Source: Elusimicrobiota bacterium
Lineage (GTDB): Bacteria; Elusimicrobiota; UBA8919
Assembly (NCBI GenBank): GCA_016218625.1
Contig: JACRDL010000045.1
Coordinates: 1-63,799 of the forward strand
Length of the DNA stretch: 63,799 bases
Direction: 5' to 3'
The stretch's first letter is position 1, and each line of letters opens with the position of its first letter. Below are positions 9,524-19,317 of the stretch, in pieces. The notes under the pieces were generated by a model that was given only the letters and a program-made list of their open reading frames with translations, searched no databases and was not told the DNA's origin. A program made the position numbers and the translations under genes.

Positions 9524-10172
9524 AACATCGGGTAGCATTTGCGGTGCCGCTGTGATAAACAGTGATAAAATTATTGCCGAGAAAAATATTTTTTTGCCAA
9601 AAAATTCGTCCTCCAAAATTTTTGATATTATAAAAAATATCGCAAAGAAAAACTTACAGTTTAATGCAATCGCAGTTGATGTGGGTCCCGGTTCTTTTAC
9701 CGGTATAAGAGTTGGCGTTTCTCTGGCTCGGGCTTACGGACAATTTCTGAAATTACCTGTTATCGGCGTTTCGTGTCTGGATTGTTTGGTTTTCAACGCA
9801 TTAAAAGACGCTACGCTAAAAAATGTTTCGGGAAAAATTTTCCCGATAGTAGATGCACTCCGCGGCGAAGTTTACACGGCAGAGTATGGGGGGCTAAAAA
9901 GAAAAACAAAATATAAAATAATTAAGGTTGAAAAATTCTTAAAAATGTTGGATAATAAATCAACGGTTATCGGCAATAGGGAAATTTGTAAAAAAATTTC
10001 CATGAAAAAATGCGTTATTATTAACGTATCCGCTTCTTCCGTCGGATTTACGGCGTTAAATAAATTTAAAAAAAATAAAAAGCACAATTATAATGAAGTT
10101 CTGCCTTTGTATATAAGGAGGGCTTTTGCCCAAGAGCATTATGCCGATTGTAAATCGACAAAAAGATACTGA
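9504..10172 (+). CDS. tsaB: tRNA t6A37 biosynthesis protein TsaB
   Basis: KILAIETSGSICGAAV and GPGSFTGIRVGVSLARA motifs. ATG at 9504 is preferred over TTG at 9498. Confidence 0.8.
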   Translation: MKILAIETSGSICGAAVINSDKIIAEKNIFLPKNSSSKIFDIIKNIAKKNLQFNAIAVDVGPGSFTGIRVGVSLARAYGQFLKLPVIGVSCLDCLVFNALKDATLKNVSGKIFPIVDALRGEVYTAEYGGLKRKTKYKIIKVEKFLKMLDNKSTVIGNREICKKISMKKCVIINVSASSVGFTALNKFKKNKKHNYNEVLPLYIRRAFAQEHYADCKSTKRY

Positions 10173-10605
10173 AATTGAGATTCGCCGGGTGCGGATTGAT
10201 GACATAAGGACAATTGCCGAAATTGAAAAAAAATCATATCCGGATCCATGGTCGGAAAATTTGTTTAAAAGGGAGATGCACCTTGAATTCTCAAATTTTT
10301 TTGCGGCGATAAAAGACCACGAAATCGCCGGGTATATATGTTTCTGGAAAGTTTCCGACGAAGGACATCTTACTAACATTACTGTTAAGGAAAAATTCAG
10401 GAGAAAAGGCATTGGCTCAGGACTTATGAAATATATTATAGATATATCTTACGCTATGGGAATAAAAAAAATGTTTCTGGATGTAAGAGCAATCAATTAC
10501 CAGGCACTATCGCTTTATGAGAAATTCGGATTCAAAAAAATAGGAGTAAGAAAAAAATACTATTCAAATTCTGACGATGCCGTAGTTATGTCCAAAACTT
10601 TATGA
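10126..10605 (+). CDS. rimI: ribosomal-protein-alanine N-acetyltransferase (GNAT)
   Basis: GNAT core RRKGIGSGLMKYII...ALSLYEKFGFKK. Sits in the classic tsaB-rimI position. The exact start is uncertain. Confidence 0.75.
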   Translation: MPKSIMPIVNRQKDTEIEIRRVRIDDIRTIAEIEKKSYPDPWSENLFKREMHLEFSNFFAAIKDHEIAGYICFWKVSDEGHLTNITVKEKFRRKGIGSGLMKYIIDISYAMGIKKMFLDVRAINYQALSLYEKFGFKKIGVRKKYYSNSDDAVVMSKTL

Positions 10606-12746
10606 AAAAGAAGTTTGTTTTGCTTTTCTTACTCACTTATTCACTTACTCACTCACTCACTTTTATTTCCGCCTCCCAATCCGACGCATATTATCATTAT
10701 CTTCTCGGTAACATCGCTGAAATGAAGGGTGATTTGCCAAAAGCAATAGAAGAATACAAAAAATCAATCTTATATGATATTGATTCCGTTTATGTGAAAA
10801 AACAACTTGTCAAGATTTATATTTTAACAGGAGATATGAAAGCGGCCTCGGAAATAATATCGGAAATTTCAAAAGTTACGCCTGATGATGAATCAACAAC
10901 CGAACTTGCCGCAGAATTATCAATTTACAATAAAAGACCCGAAAAAGCGATTTCGGCATATGAGAAAATATTATCAACAGAGCCGGCAAATAAAAAAGCA
11001 CTTTATAATCTCGGAGTGTTATATTCCGAAACAGGAAAATATGAAAAAGCAATTTTGTATTTTGAAAAATTTTTGCAGACTGAACCTGACTCGCCGGATG
11101 TTTATGTCAATATCGGGATTTTGTATAGTAAACTTGATCGTCCGACGGAAGCGGAATTATATCTGAAGAAAGCCGCTGAAATAGACGGTAATTCCGTTGT
11201 TGGGCTAATTGCCCTTGCAGGTATCTATGAGGAAAAAAAGGACTACACATTAGCGATTGAGTTATATGATAAACTGCTCAAAATACTGCCGGACGATGCG
11301 GAACTCACGATGAAAATTGCAGGACTTTATATTCTACAAAAGGATTATCTGTCGGTGAAAAAATATCTTACAGCAGCAAAAGAGAAGTTCCCAAAAAACC
11401 ACTGGATTGACTATTATCTCGGGCTTTTGTCTCTTGAAGAAAAGGACTACGAAACAGCGCTCAAATATTTTGACAAATCAATTTATCTGAATAAAAAATC
11501 ACCCGAGCCGCATATACAAAAGGGTTATATTTTTACAATTCAGGAGGACACAAAAGAAGCGGTAAAGTCATTTGAAAAAGCAGTGGGTCTCGGCGCCGAA
11601 GTTTCCGATCTGTATTTTTTTCTTGCGATGAATTACGAAGTTTTAGGCAAGTATAAAAAATCGGAAAGTTATCTGAAAAAAGCAGTTACACTTGAACCGC
11701 AAAATTCAAAATACCGGTTTGAACTGGGAATTGTTTATGATAAATTAAAAAAACAGGAATTAGCGGAAAAAGAGTTTTTTAGCGTTATAGAAATTGATTC
11801 AAATTCTGCGGTAGCATATAATTATCTCGGCTATACTTATGCTGACAAAAACATAAAACTTAACGAAGCGGAAGAACTGATAAAAAAGGCGCTGGAAATA
11901 GATGCCGAAAATCCCGCCTATATTGATTCACTCGGCTGGGTTTTTTACCGAAAGATGCAATATGCCGAAGCGATGACATTACTTAAAAAAGCGTCCAAAA
12001 AATTGGATGACGCCGTGATTTTTGACCATCTCGGCGACTGTTATTTTACCCTCGGGGATAAAGAGAAAGCAGTTGATAGTTGGGAGACATCTTTTTCTAT
12101 TGAAAAAAATAAAGCAGTCAAAAAAAAGATAAAAAAGCACCGTAGAAACTTAAAGTGGTCAAAAGATATAATAAAATTACGGGCAATGAGAAGTTTTAAG
12201 GAAATACAGGATATTTCCGGGTTTGTCAGTGCGAACACTATCTATAAAAACGAGGGATACGGAGTGAATGGGCCGTTTTTTTTCAAGAAACCGAAACAAT
12301 TGCGGTTTGAAATTTTAGGGCTGTTTTCCATCCCTCATGGGCTTATTTTGATGCGTCAGGGAACGATTGTTTATATCACGCCGGAAAAAAAGATATACAA
12401 CCTTACCGATGATTTTTTTTGGGTTAAGGATATTTTCAGTATTTTTGATGCGGAATGTTTTGATGGACTTGATAATGTTTCGGAGGGGAAAAATTTCTAT
12501 ATCTTTAAAAATGATTTGATTGAAATAAAGGTTGATAAAAAAGAACATACTGTTTCTGAGATAAAATTTGTCAACGGTTCCGTTATTATTCCTGCTGATT
12601 ATAAACTGTTGGGAAAAATAAAATTCCCGCACAAATTGAATTTTATAAGTTCCGGTGGGGATATAAAAACAACATTGATTCTCAAAAAACTCAATCTCAA
12701 TAAAAACATAAAAATAGATTTATTTAATGTGCCCGAGGCCCAGTAA
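10602..12746 (+). CDS. secreted TPR-repeat protein with a LolB/DUF4292-like C-terminal domain (tentative)
   Basis: 714 aa. Signal peptide, about 12 TPR units (AIEEYKKSI..., ALYNLGVLY...), then a beta-rich C-terminus. Confidence 0.65.
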   Translation: MKKKFVLLFLLTYSLTHSLTFISASQSDAYYHYLLGNIAEMKGDLPKAIEEYKKSILYDIDSVYVKKQLVKIYILTGDMKAASEIISEISKVTPDDESTTELAAELSIYNKRPEKAISAYEKILSTEPANKKALYNLGVLYSETGKYEKAILYFEKFLQTEPDSPDVYVNIGILYSKLDRPTEAELYLKKAAEIDGNSVVGLIALAGIYEEKKDYTLAIELYDKLLKILPDDAELTMKIAGLYILQKDYLSVKKYLTAAKEKFPKNHWIDYYLGLLSLEEKDYETALKYFDKSIYLNKKSPEPHIQKGYIFTIQEDTKEAVKSFEKAVGLGAEVSDLYFFLAMNYEVLGKYKKSESYLKKAVTLEPQNSKYRFELGIVYDKLKKQELAEKEFFSVIEIDSNSAVAYNYLGYTYADKNIKLNEAEELIKKALEIDAENPAYIDSLGWVFYRKMQYAEAMTLLKKASKKLDDAVIFDHLGDCYFTLGDKEKAVDSWETSFSIEKNKAVKKKIKKHRRNLKWSKDIIKLRAMRSFKEIQDISGFVSANTIYKNEGYGVNGPFFFKKPKQLRFEILGLFSIPHGLILMRQGTIVYITPEKKIYNLTDDFFWVKDIFSIFDAECFDGLDNVSEGKNFYIFKNDLIEIKVDKKEHTVSEIKFVNGSVIIPADYKLLGKIKFPHKLNFISSGGDIKTTLILKKLNLNKNIKIDLFNVPEAQ
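10628..10660. repeat. CTTACTCA/CTCACTCA word repeat encoding the signal-peptide core
   Basis: cttactcacttattcacttactcactcactcac encodes LTYSLTHSLTHSL. Confidence 0.7.
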
Positions 12747-13998
12747 AAAATGTTTAGAAAAATTTTACTTTTTACTTTTTACTTTTTACTTTTTACTTTT
12801 TACTTTTATTTACGCTCCTGACCTGACAGTTACATTTATAAATGTCGGGCAGGTCGGCGATTCAATTTTAATTCAGACACCGTTAAATAAAAACATACTT
12901 ATTGACGGCGGTTTGTGGTATGCAGGTGAAAAAAATATAGCCCCCGTTCTTAAAAACAAAAATATAGAAAAAATTGATACCATAATTCTTACCCATCCCC
13001 ACGGCGACCATTACGGCGGGTTGGAATATATTCTTAAAAACTTTAAAGTATTAGAGGTATTAGACAGCGGAATTGTCTCACCGGTTGAGCCATATCAGGA
13101 TTTTCTGTTAGATGTGAAAAAAAACGGCGCAGCATATAAAATAGTTGCCGTCGGTGAAAAATACGATTGGGGTGGATGCGAAGCGACTGTATTAAATGCA
13201 AAAAACGAGGTATTGTACGGTACGGAAGCATATAATAACCACTCTATAGTAATAAGGGTTGTTCATGGTAAAAATTCGTTTCTTTTTACAGGTGATATAG
13301 AAAAAGAAGCCGAAAATTTTTTACAAAGAAATGATATAAAATCTACCGTCTTAAAAATCCCGCACCACGGAAGCAGTTCATCGTCAAGTTATGAATTTCT
13401 GAAAAAGGTATCACCCAAAATTGCCGTGCTTACCGTCGGTGAGCCCAACGATTACGGTTTGCCGGTTTTCTCAACGCTTGAAAAATATAAGCAACTTAAC
13501 GTTAAATTATACAGAACAGATATTGACGGTAACATTGAAATCATTTCAGACGGAAAAAACTTGAAAATTAACACGGAAAAAAAATCGGATATAAACAGGT
13601 ATTCAGCATCCGTCGGTACATTTTCAATAAATTACGATGACTTTTGGATGTATATGGATAAGGGTTGGTTTTTAGTGAGGGATAAAAAATTTGATGAAGC
13701 GGTCGTTGAATTGAAGAAAGCCGTTATGATGGATCCTAATTCCGCCGATGCCCGCTCCAAACTCGGCTATGCTTATAAAAAAACAAATAATTCCGTCCTC
13801 GCCGAGAAAGAATTTTTGAAAGCAATTTCTCTTAACGATAAAGAATATTATGCACGGATACACCTCGGATTGATGTATTACTTTGATGATAATTTTGACG
13901 AAGCGATTACACTTTTCAGAAAAGCACTTGAAGTTGAGCCACACGGACGGTACACCGATTTACTGAATGAGAAAATAAAGGAAATAGAGGAGAAATAG
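12727..13998 (+). CDS. secreted MBL-fold hydrolase (ComEC C-terminal-like) fused to TPR repeats
   Basis: THPHGDHYGG and LKIPHHGS metallo-beta-lactamase motifs. C-terminal TPRs follow. Confidence 0.7.
   Translation: MCPRPSKKCLEKFYFLLFTFYFLLFTFIYAPDLTVTFINVGQVGDSILIQTPLNKNILIDGGLWYAGEKNIAPVLKNKNIEKIDTIILTHPHGDHYGGLEYILKNFKVLEVLDSGIVSPVEPYQDFLLDVKKNGAAYKIVAVGEKYDWGGCEATVLNAKNEVLYGTEAYNNHSIVIRVVHGKNSFLFTGDIEKEAENFLQRNDIKSTVLKIPHHGSSSSSSYEFLKKVSPKIAVLTVGEPNDYGLPVFSTLEKYKQLNVKLYRTDIDGNIEIISDGKNLKINTEKKSDINRYSASVGTFSINYDDFWMYMDKGWFLVRDKKFDEAVVELKKAVMMDPNSADARSKLGYAYKKTNNSVLAEKEFLKAISLNDKEYYARIHLGLMYYFDDNFDEAITLFRKALEVEPHGRYTDLLNEKIKEIEEK
12763..12804. repeat. perfect heptamer tandem repeat (TTTTACT)x6 inside the signal peptide
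   Basis: Six perfect copies read directly. They encode FYFLLFT FYFLLFT. Confidence 0.9.
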
Positions 13999-15203
13999 TG
14001 TTTACTCATTTACACAATCATTTTATCGGCTCGTTTTCTGACAGCGCACTGCGGATTGATGAAGCGGTAAAAAAAGCGAAATCACTCGGACAAAATGCAA
14101 TCGCCATAACGGAACACGGCGAAATGCCGTTTATGTATGAATTTTCGGATGCCTGTAAAAAATACGGCGTGAAACCGATTTTCGGTGTTGAAATATATTT
14201 TGTCGACGATGCCCAAAAATCAATTGAAAAGAAGGACAAAAACAGGTTTCATCTTCTTTTATTTGCTAAAAATGAGGTCGGCTATAAAAATCTCGTTTCA
14301 CTCGTTTCTGATAGTTGGATTGAAAACAATTATTATGAAAAAAGAGGGCTGGTTGATTGGAAACTTTTAGAAAAATATTGTGTGGGTTTAATTGCTTCGT
14401 CCGCCTGTTTTTTTAATCAGACCTCGCAGGCATACATAAAAAACGGTCTTCCCGATGCGGAAAAAATTTTCATAAGATACAAAGAAATTTTTGGGAACGA
14501 TTTCTATGTTGAGATAGCAAAGCACGGGATTACCGACGAGGAAATATCAAATAAAGGGCTGCTGGAACTTGCCAAAAAATATAATGTGGTTCCGATTGCG
14601 ACAAATGATGTTCATTATTTGGAAATTGACGATTGGCTTGCCCACGACATTATCATAAAAACCCGTTTTGATAAAATTTCATCATTTAAGATTGATTCGC
14701 ATCACTTTTGGCTTAAGTCGGAAAAAGAAATGTTTGCCGCGGGAATGCCGCAGGAGTTTTTGGACAACACTCAAAAAATTGTTGCGAAGTGCGAATTTGT
14801 TCTGAAAGATTTTCCGCAAGTGCTGTATGAAAACACAGGGTCGGAAGATGTAGAAATAAAAAAAGGCAATGCCGCTTATCTGTCGCAATTGGAGTATATT
14901 GAAAGCAGCAAGGCAATTTATTACGCTGAAAACATAATAGGAAAAAATCACCCGGATGTTGCTCATTATGCCGAAAGAATTACTGGAATTCCGAGAAGAA
15001 ATTCGCAGAACCCGGATAAAATTGTATATCTTCCCGACATAAAAGAAAAGATCCCGTTAAAACTTTCGCTCGGCAAAGTTATCACGCAATTCACCGAAGA
15101 TTCTTGTCGGCGCGCCGGTGCCGAAATTGTGCCGCTCATACGCTCAACTTTGGCAGAGGCATTGCTCAAAGCCCAAAAAGCTCTCAAAAAAATTATTAAA
15201 TAA
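13998..15203 (+). CDS. PHP-domain protein resembling the N-terminal third of DNA polymerase III alpha (DnaE)
   Basis: FTHLHNH, AIAITEHGEM, GVEIYF, FHLLLFAKNEVGYKNL, FYVEI and VPIATNDVHYL match the DnaE PHP region. The ORF ends at 401 aa. Confidence 0.65.
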   Translation: MFTHLHNHFIGSFSDSALRIDEAVKKAKSLGQNAIAITEHGEMPFMYEFSDACKKYGVKPIFGVEIYFVDDAQKSIEKKDKNRFHLLLFAKNEVGYKNLVSLVSDSWIENNYYEKRGLVDWKLLEKYCVGLIASSACFFNQTSQAYIKNGLPDAEKIFIRYKEIFGNDFYVEIAKHGITDEEISNKGLLELAKKYNVVPIATNDVHYLEIDDWLAHDIIIKTRFDKISSFKIDSHHFWLKSEKEMFAAGMPQEFLDNTQKIVAKCEFVLKDFPQVLYENTGSEDVEIKKGNAAYLSQLEYIESSKAIYYAENIIGKNHPDVAHYAERITGIPRRNSQNPDKIVYLPDIKEKIPLKLSLGKVITQFTEDSCRRAGAEIVPLIRSTLAEALLKAQKALKKIIK

Positions 15204-15210
15204 AAGATGC

Positions 15211-15238
15211 TTGAATAATTTTTCAGAAAAAGTATAAT
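15211..15238 (+). promoter_or_regulatory. candidate sigma70-type promoter (TTGAAT-N16-TATAAT)
   Basis: The -10 element ends 6 nt before ATG 15245, so the mRNA would be leaderless. AT-rich context makes a chance match plausible. Confidence 0.25.
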
Positions 15239-15244
15239 AAAATT

Positions 15245-16123
15245 ATGCCAAAAAAAATCAATTTCAAAGACGAATATGTCTGCACGATAACAGGGCTTGT
15301 TTCAAACGGTCTTCTGACGATAATTAAGTTTTTTGCCGGAATTTTTGGTCACAGTCAGGCAATGATTGCCGACGCCATCAATTCGCTTTTTGATGTATTG
15401 ACATCGGTGATTATTTATCTCGGAATAAAAATGGGTAAAAAACCCGAAGATGACGAACATCCATATGGACATGAAAACATAGAAGTTATTGTTTCATGGA
15501 TTGTCTCTATCATTGTGTTGTCCACCGGTCTGTTTCTCGGTTATTCCGCTTTTCATACTATAATTGACAAAAACTACAGCCATCCTTCTGCCGTCGCTTT
15601 GTGGGCTGCTATTATTACAATAATAATAAAAGAAATACTGCACAGGTATACTCTGAAAGTCGGCAATATCTTAAATTCACCCGCTATCAAGGCAAACGCT
15701 TTTGACCACCGTTCGGATGTTCTTGCATCAACGAGTGCGCTCATAGGTATTACTGGCGCCCGAATGGGATGGCTTTTTCTTGACCCTGTTGCAAGTTTAG
15801 TAGTATCAGTTTTTATTATGAGGACAGGCGCGAATATAATGAAGGAGAGCAACAGGATAATAATGGATTCCATTCCTTCGGAAGAATTTGTAAGGGAAAT
15901 AAAAGAATTTATTTTAAGATATCCCGAAATAAAAAAATTTTCTAATCTGCGGGTGCATCCCGTGGGAAGAAATTACATAATAGATGTTTCAATATTCGTA
16001 AGCTCGAATTACACAGTTTCAAAAGGACACGAGATAGCAACTAATTTAAGGGAGGCGATGATTAAAGAGAAAATTTTTTTAAAGGATGTAATCGTACATG
16101 TAGAACCGTATGGGGAAGGTTGA
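15245..16123 (+). CDS. cation diffusion facilitator family transporter
   Basis: Six TM helices, DALNS-like ADAINSLFD, HPYGHENIE and DHRSDVLAS motifs, plus a C-terminal dimerisation domain. Confidence 0.85.
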   Translation: MPKKINFKDEYVCTITGLVSNGLLTIIKFFAGIFGHSQAMIADAINSLFDVLTSVIIYLGIKMGKKPEDDEHPYGHENIEVIVSWIVSIIVLSTGLFLGYSAFHTIIDKNYSHPSAVALWAAIITIIIKEILHRYTLKVGNILNSPAIKANAFDHRSDVLASTSALIGITGARMGWLFLDPVASLVVSVFIMRTGANIMKESNRIIMDSIPSEEFVREIKEFILRYPEIKKFSNLRVHPVGRNYIIDVSIFVSSNYTVSKGHEIATNLREAMIKEKIFLKDVIVHVEPYGEG

Positions 16124-16832
16124 TTTTCACGATTTTTTTGATATAATAAAACTAACGGAGGTTTTCTCAAAAATATTTATGATGAATTTTATTAAACGAT
16201 TTGTAATTATGGTTAAATGGCTGTTCGGCGGAAGGAAAGGCATTTCCCCTCATCACTCGCAGGAAGATATTTACTTTGAAGTTCTCTCTGCACTTGCCGA
16301 GGCTATTGAAGCGAAAGACCACTCCACCCGCGGGCATTCCGAAAGAATGGTAAAACATGTAGATTACCTTGGAAAAAAACTTGGGTTATCAAAACAGGAA
16401 TTAAAGGATTTAGAAATGGCAGCAGTTCTTCACGATGTGGGAAAAATAGGAATTGACAAATCGGTTTTTCTGAAACCCGGTAAATTAACCTCCGAAGAAT
16501 ACGAGATTATAAAAAAACATTCCACAATAGGCGCCAACATCATCAGTCGCGTAAGTTTCCTGAAAGGCGCCGCCGAGTATGTCAAACATCACCATGAGAG
16601 ATGGGACAGCAACGGCTATCCGGACAAACTTAAAGGGAATGATATTCCTCTCGGCGCAAGGATTCTCGCCGTTGTTGACTCATTTGATGCTATGATGTCG
16701 GAGCGGCCTTACAAAAAACCGATGACACTATCAGAAGCGTTCGTGGAACTTAAAAAAAACAGCGGCTCGCAATTTGACGCGAAAGTTGTTGATGAATTCC
16801 TGAAATACGATTTCCAATCGGAAAAATTATAA
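16110..16832 (+). CDS. HD-GYP domain phosphodiesterase
   Basis: HSERMV, LHDVGKIGI and HHERWDSNGYPD motifs. The start is uncertain (internal Met candidates exist). Confidence 0.8.
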   Translation: MGKVDFHDFFDIIKLTEVFSKIFMMNFIKRFVIMVKWLFGGRKGISPHHSQEDIYFEVLSALAEAIEAKDHSTRGHSERMVKHVDYLGKKLGLSKQELKDLEMAAVLHDVGKIGIDKSVFLKPGKLTSEEYEIIKKHSTIGANIISRVSFLKGAAEYVKHHHERWDSNGYPDKLKGNDIPLGARILAVVDSFDAMMSERPYKKPMTLSEAFVELKKNSGSQFDAKVVDEFLKYDFQSEKL

Positions 16833-16844
16833 AACCGTTATATT

Positions 16845-16941
16845 TACCACGAAGACACAAGATAAGCCACAGAATGTCACAGAATTTCACTGAATCTTTT
16901 TCTGTGTGATTCTGTGGCGCCTTTTTCGTGCTTTCGTGGTT
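16845..16941. repeat. CACAGAA-word long hairpin (inverted-orientation copy of the family)
   Basis: Arms ACCACGAAGACACAAGATAAGCCACAGAATGTCACAGAA and TTCTGTGTGATTCTGTGGCGCCTTTTTCGTGCTTTCGTGGT. Positions 16861-16890 are the exact reverse complement of 48490-48519. Confidence 0.85.
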
Positions 16942-16958
16942 ATGAAGTTTTCTTGAAG

Positions 16959-17924
16959 ATGTATAAAAAACTCATCCGCACAATTTCCATTCTTGTTTTT
17001 ATTTTATTATTCGGCACACTTGGCTACATCATTATTGAAAAATGGAATTTTTTTGATTCTCTTTATATGACCGTCATTACGCTTGCCACCGTCGGTTACG
17101 GAGAGACCCATCCGCTTACAGTTCACGGAAGAATTTTTACGATTATTTTGATTTTATCCGGGATTAGCACTATGCTTTATGCCGTCTCATCTATTACCTC
17201 GTTTTTTATAGAGGGAGAAATGAGTCAGATTTTCAGGAGGAAAAAAATGCTTAAAACCATCTCACAATTAAAAAATCATTTTATTTTATGCGGCGCCGGA
17301 AAAGTAGGCAGCCACATCATCTCGGAACTTTCACAGACAAAAAGAGATTTTGTTATAGTTGAAAAAGATAAGGATTTGTTGAAAAAATATGAAAATTACC
17401 TCTGTATAAATAATGATGCCGGCGATGAAAATGTTCTTAAAGAGGCAGGGATAGAAAATGCCGCAGGCCTTTTTGCCGCACTTTCCACGGACGAGGAAAA
17501 CATTTTTTTAATTATAACTGCGCGCGAACTGAATCCAAATATAAAAATAATCGCCAAGGCGGTTAAGGATTCCTCAGCGAGAAAACTTATGTTTGCCGGC
17601 GCAAATTCGGTTGTCCTTCCTAATCTTATAGGTGGTTTGCGAATGGCTTCGGAAATGGTTCGTCCGACGGTTGTTTCGTTTCTTGATATGATGTTAAAAG
17701 AAGGAAAGGGCGACCTTCGGGTTGAAGATGTAGAGGTAAGAAATCCGAATGTTTCAACGGTTTCACAAGTGCAATTTGAAAAAACGGGAGTGCTGCTTCT
17801 TGCCATAGCAACAAAACAGGGTTACAAGTTCAATCCGCCTAAAGATACCTCAATTTGTGTAGGCGATAAACTGATTATTATGGGCAGTGCAGACCAGGTC
17901 TTATCGCTAAAAAATCTTCTGTAA
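16959..17924 (+). CDS. potassium channel with RCK (TrkA-N/TrkA-C) domains
   Basis: Selectivity filter TLATVGYGE and Rossmann motif CGAGKVGSHI. ATG 16959 is preferred because the longer ORF starts inside the hairpin. Confidence 0.8.
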   Translation: MYKKLIRTISILVFILLFGTLGYIIIEKWNFFDSLYMTVITLATVGYGETHPLTVHGRIFTIILILSGISTMLYAVSSITSFFIEGEMSQIFRRKKMLKTISQLKNHFILCGAGKVGSHIISELSQTKRDFVIVEKDKDLLKKYENYLCINNDAGDENVLKEAGIENAAGLFAALSTDEENIFLIITARELNPNIKIIAKAVKDSSARKLMFAGANSVVLPNLIGGLRMASEMVRPTVVSFLDMMLKEGKGDLRVEDVEVRNPNVSTVSQVQFEKTGVLLLAIATKQGYKFNPPKDTSICVGDKLIIMGSADQVLSLKNLL

Positions 17925-17925
17925 G

Positions 17926-18387
17926 ATGAGAATAATTTTAACGATAATTTTTGCGGCCGCGATGGGTTATCTGGAAGCCGCCGTCGTCGCATATTTGAGA
18001 GAACTTTATTATCCAAACGGATTTCACATTTCTAAAAAAATAAAATTTCCGTTTATAAAATTCGGACCCGTGGCCGAACTCAAACCTTTCTCGGAAAGAA
18101 TTTTTTTAACCGAACTTGCCCGTGAATTGTTCACGATGATAATGCTTGTTTCTTTTGCCTGGCTTGTCGGCAATTCTTTGTCATCACGTATCGTGTATTT
18201 TTTGCTGGCGTTCGGTGTGTGGGACATTTTTTATTATATTTTTCTTAAAATAATTTTGAACTGGCCGGAATCGTTTGGCACGACAGATGTTTTCTTTCTG
18301 ATACCGACTCCGTGGATAGGACCCGTGTGGCTGCCGATTTTGTGCTCAGTAATAATCATAGCAATTTCATTTCTGATACTTTTATGA
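17926..18387 (+). CDS. hypothetical membrane protein
   Basis: 153 aa with 4 predicted TM helices. No recognisable family. Confidence 0.4.
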   Translation: MRIILTIIFAAAMGYLEAAVVAYLRELYYPNGFHISKKIKFPFIKFGPVAELKPFSERIFLTELARELFTMIMLVSFAWLVGNSLSSRIVYFLLAFGVWDIFYYIFLKIILNWPESFGTTDVFFLIPTPWIGPVWLPILCSVIIIAISFLILL

Positions 18388-18830
18388 ATCATAAAAAATT
18401 TACCATTGAAAAAAATAAAAAATATTTTGAAAAGTTCCTGCAAATTCCTGCTAATAAAAGAATGATTTTGGTGCCGCAGTGTTTGAGGAATATAAAAAAA
18501 TGCAGAGCAAAGGAGTTCGGAAGTTATTATATCTGTGCCGAGTGCGGCGGCTGTAAAATATGCAAAATTTCGCAGACGGCAAAAACCGCCGGCTATCTCG
18601 GATTAAGAATACTGAAAGGCGGAAGCACCGTTAAAAAAATGGTTGCGGAATTAAAACCCGGGGCAATTTTGGGCGTTGCCTGTTATTTTGAGGGTGCGCA
18701 GGGAATAAAAGAGTGCGAGAAACGGAAAATTCCCGTATATTTTTATCCGCTGTCCAAAGACGGATGCGAAAATACCGATTTAGAATTAAACAATTTGTTA
18801 AAATTATTGGAGGAAAAAAATGGCAAGTGA
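18384..18830 (+). CDS. DUF116-family Cys-rich protein
   Basis: LVPQCLRN...C..., YICAECGGCKIC and a GGS motif. The ATGA overlap at 18384 is preferred as the start. Confidence 0.5.
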   Translation: MNHKKFTIEKNKKYFEKFLQIPANKRMILVPQCLRNIKKCRAKEFGSYYICAECGGCKICKISQTAKTAGYLGLRILKGGSTVKKMVAELKPGAILGVACYFEGAQGIKECEKRKIPVYFYPLSKDGCENTDLELNNLLKLLEEKNGK

Positions 18831-19317
18831 TTTTAGTTTTGACATTGTTTCGCAGGTTGATTTACAGGCAGTGGACGATGCAGTTAATATTTCAATGAAA
18901 GAAATAATCAACAGGTTTGATTTGAAAGGGACCAATTCCACAATTGAATTAAACCGTGTTGAGAAAACGGTCATACTCTCTGCCAGTTCGGAGTTTCATC
19001 TTAAACAGATTAAAAATGTCTTGTCGTCAAAAATGGCAAAAAGGGGAGTAAGCCAGAAAGCATTGACGGTAAAAAAAACCGAGACGAATATAAGCGGTGC
19101 CGTAAGGGAAACGGACAACATCGTCTGCGGCATAGAAAAAGAACTCGCGAAAAGCATCGTAAAAGACATAAAGACCTTAAATCTGAAAGTCCAGTCGGCG
19201 ATACAGGATGAGCAGATAAGGGTTTCAAGCAGAGATAAGGATGCCCTACAGTCGGTTATCAGTTTTATAAAATCCAAGGACTACCCCGTCCCGCTGCAGT
19301 TTGTAAATTACAGATAA
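18820..19317 (+). CDS. yajQ: YajQ-family nucleotide (c-di-GMP)-binding protein
   Basis: N-terminus SFDIVSQVDLQAVDDAVNISMKEIINRFDLKG is the UPF0234/YajQ signature. Confidence 0.85.
   Translation: MASDFSFDIVSQVDLQAVDDAVNISMKEIINRFDLKGTNSTIELNRVEKTVILSASSEFHLKQIKNVLSSKMAKRGVSQKALTVKKTETNISGAVRETDNIVCGIEKELAKSIVKDIKTLNLKVQSAIQDEQIRVSSRDKDALQSVISFIKSKDYPVPLQFVNYR

Noticed and set aside
16914-16958. Longer N-terminal extensions of the K+ channel (16914), rseC (31481) and the nucleotidyltransferase gene (48510) given in the ORF track
   Set aside because: The extra codons start at GTG triplets inside CACAGAA-word hairpins (CTGTGGC). Downstream ATG/GTG starts give N-termini that match the families.
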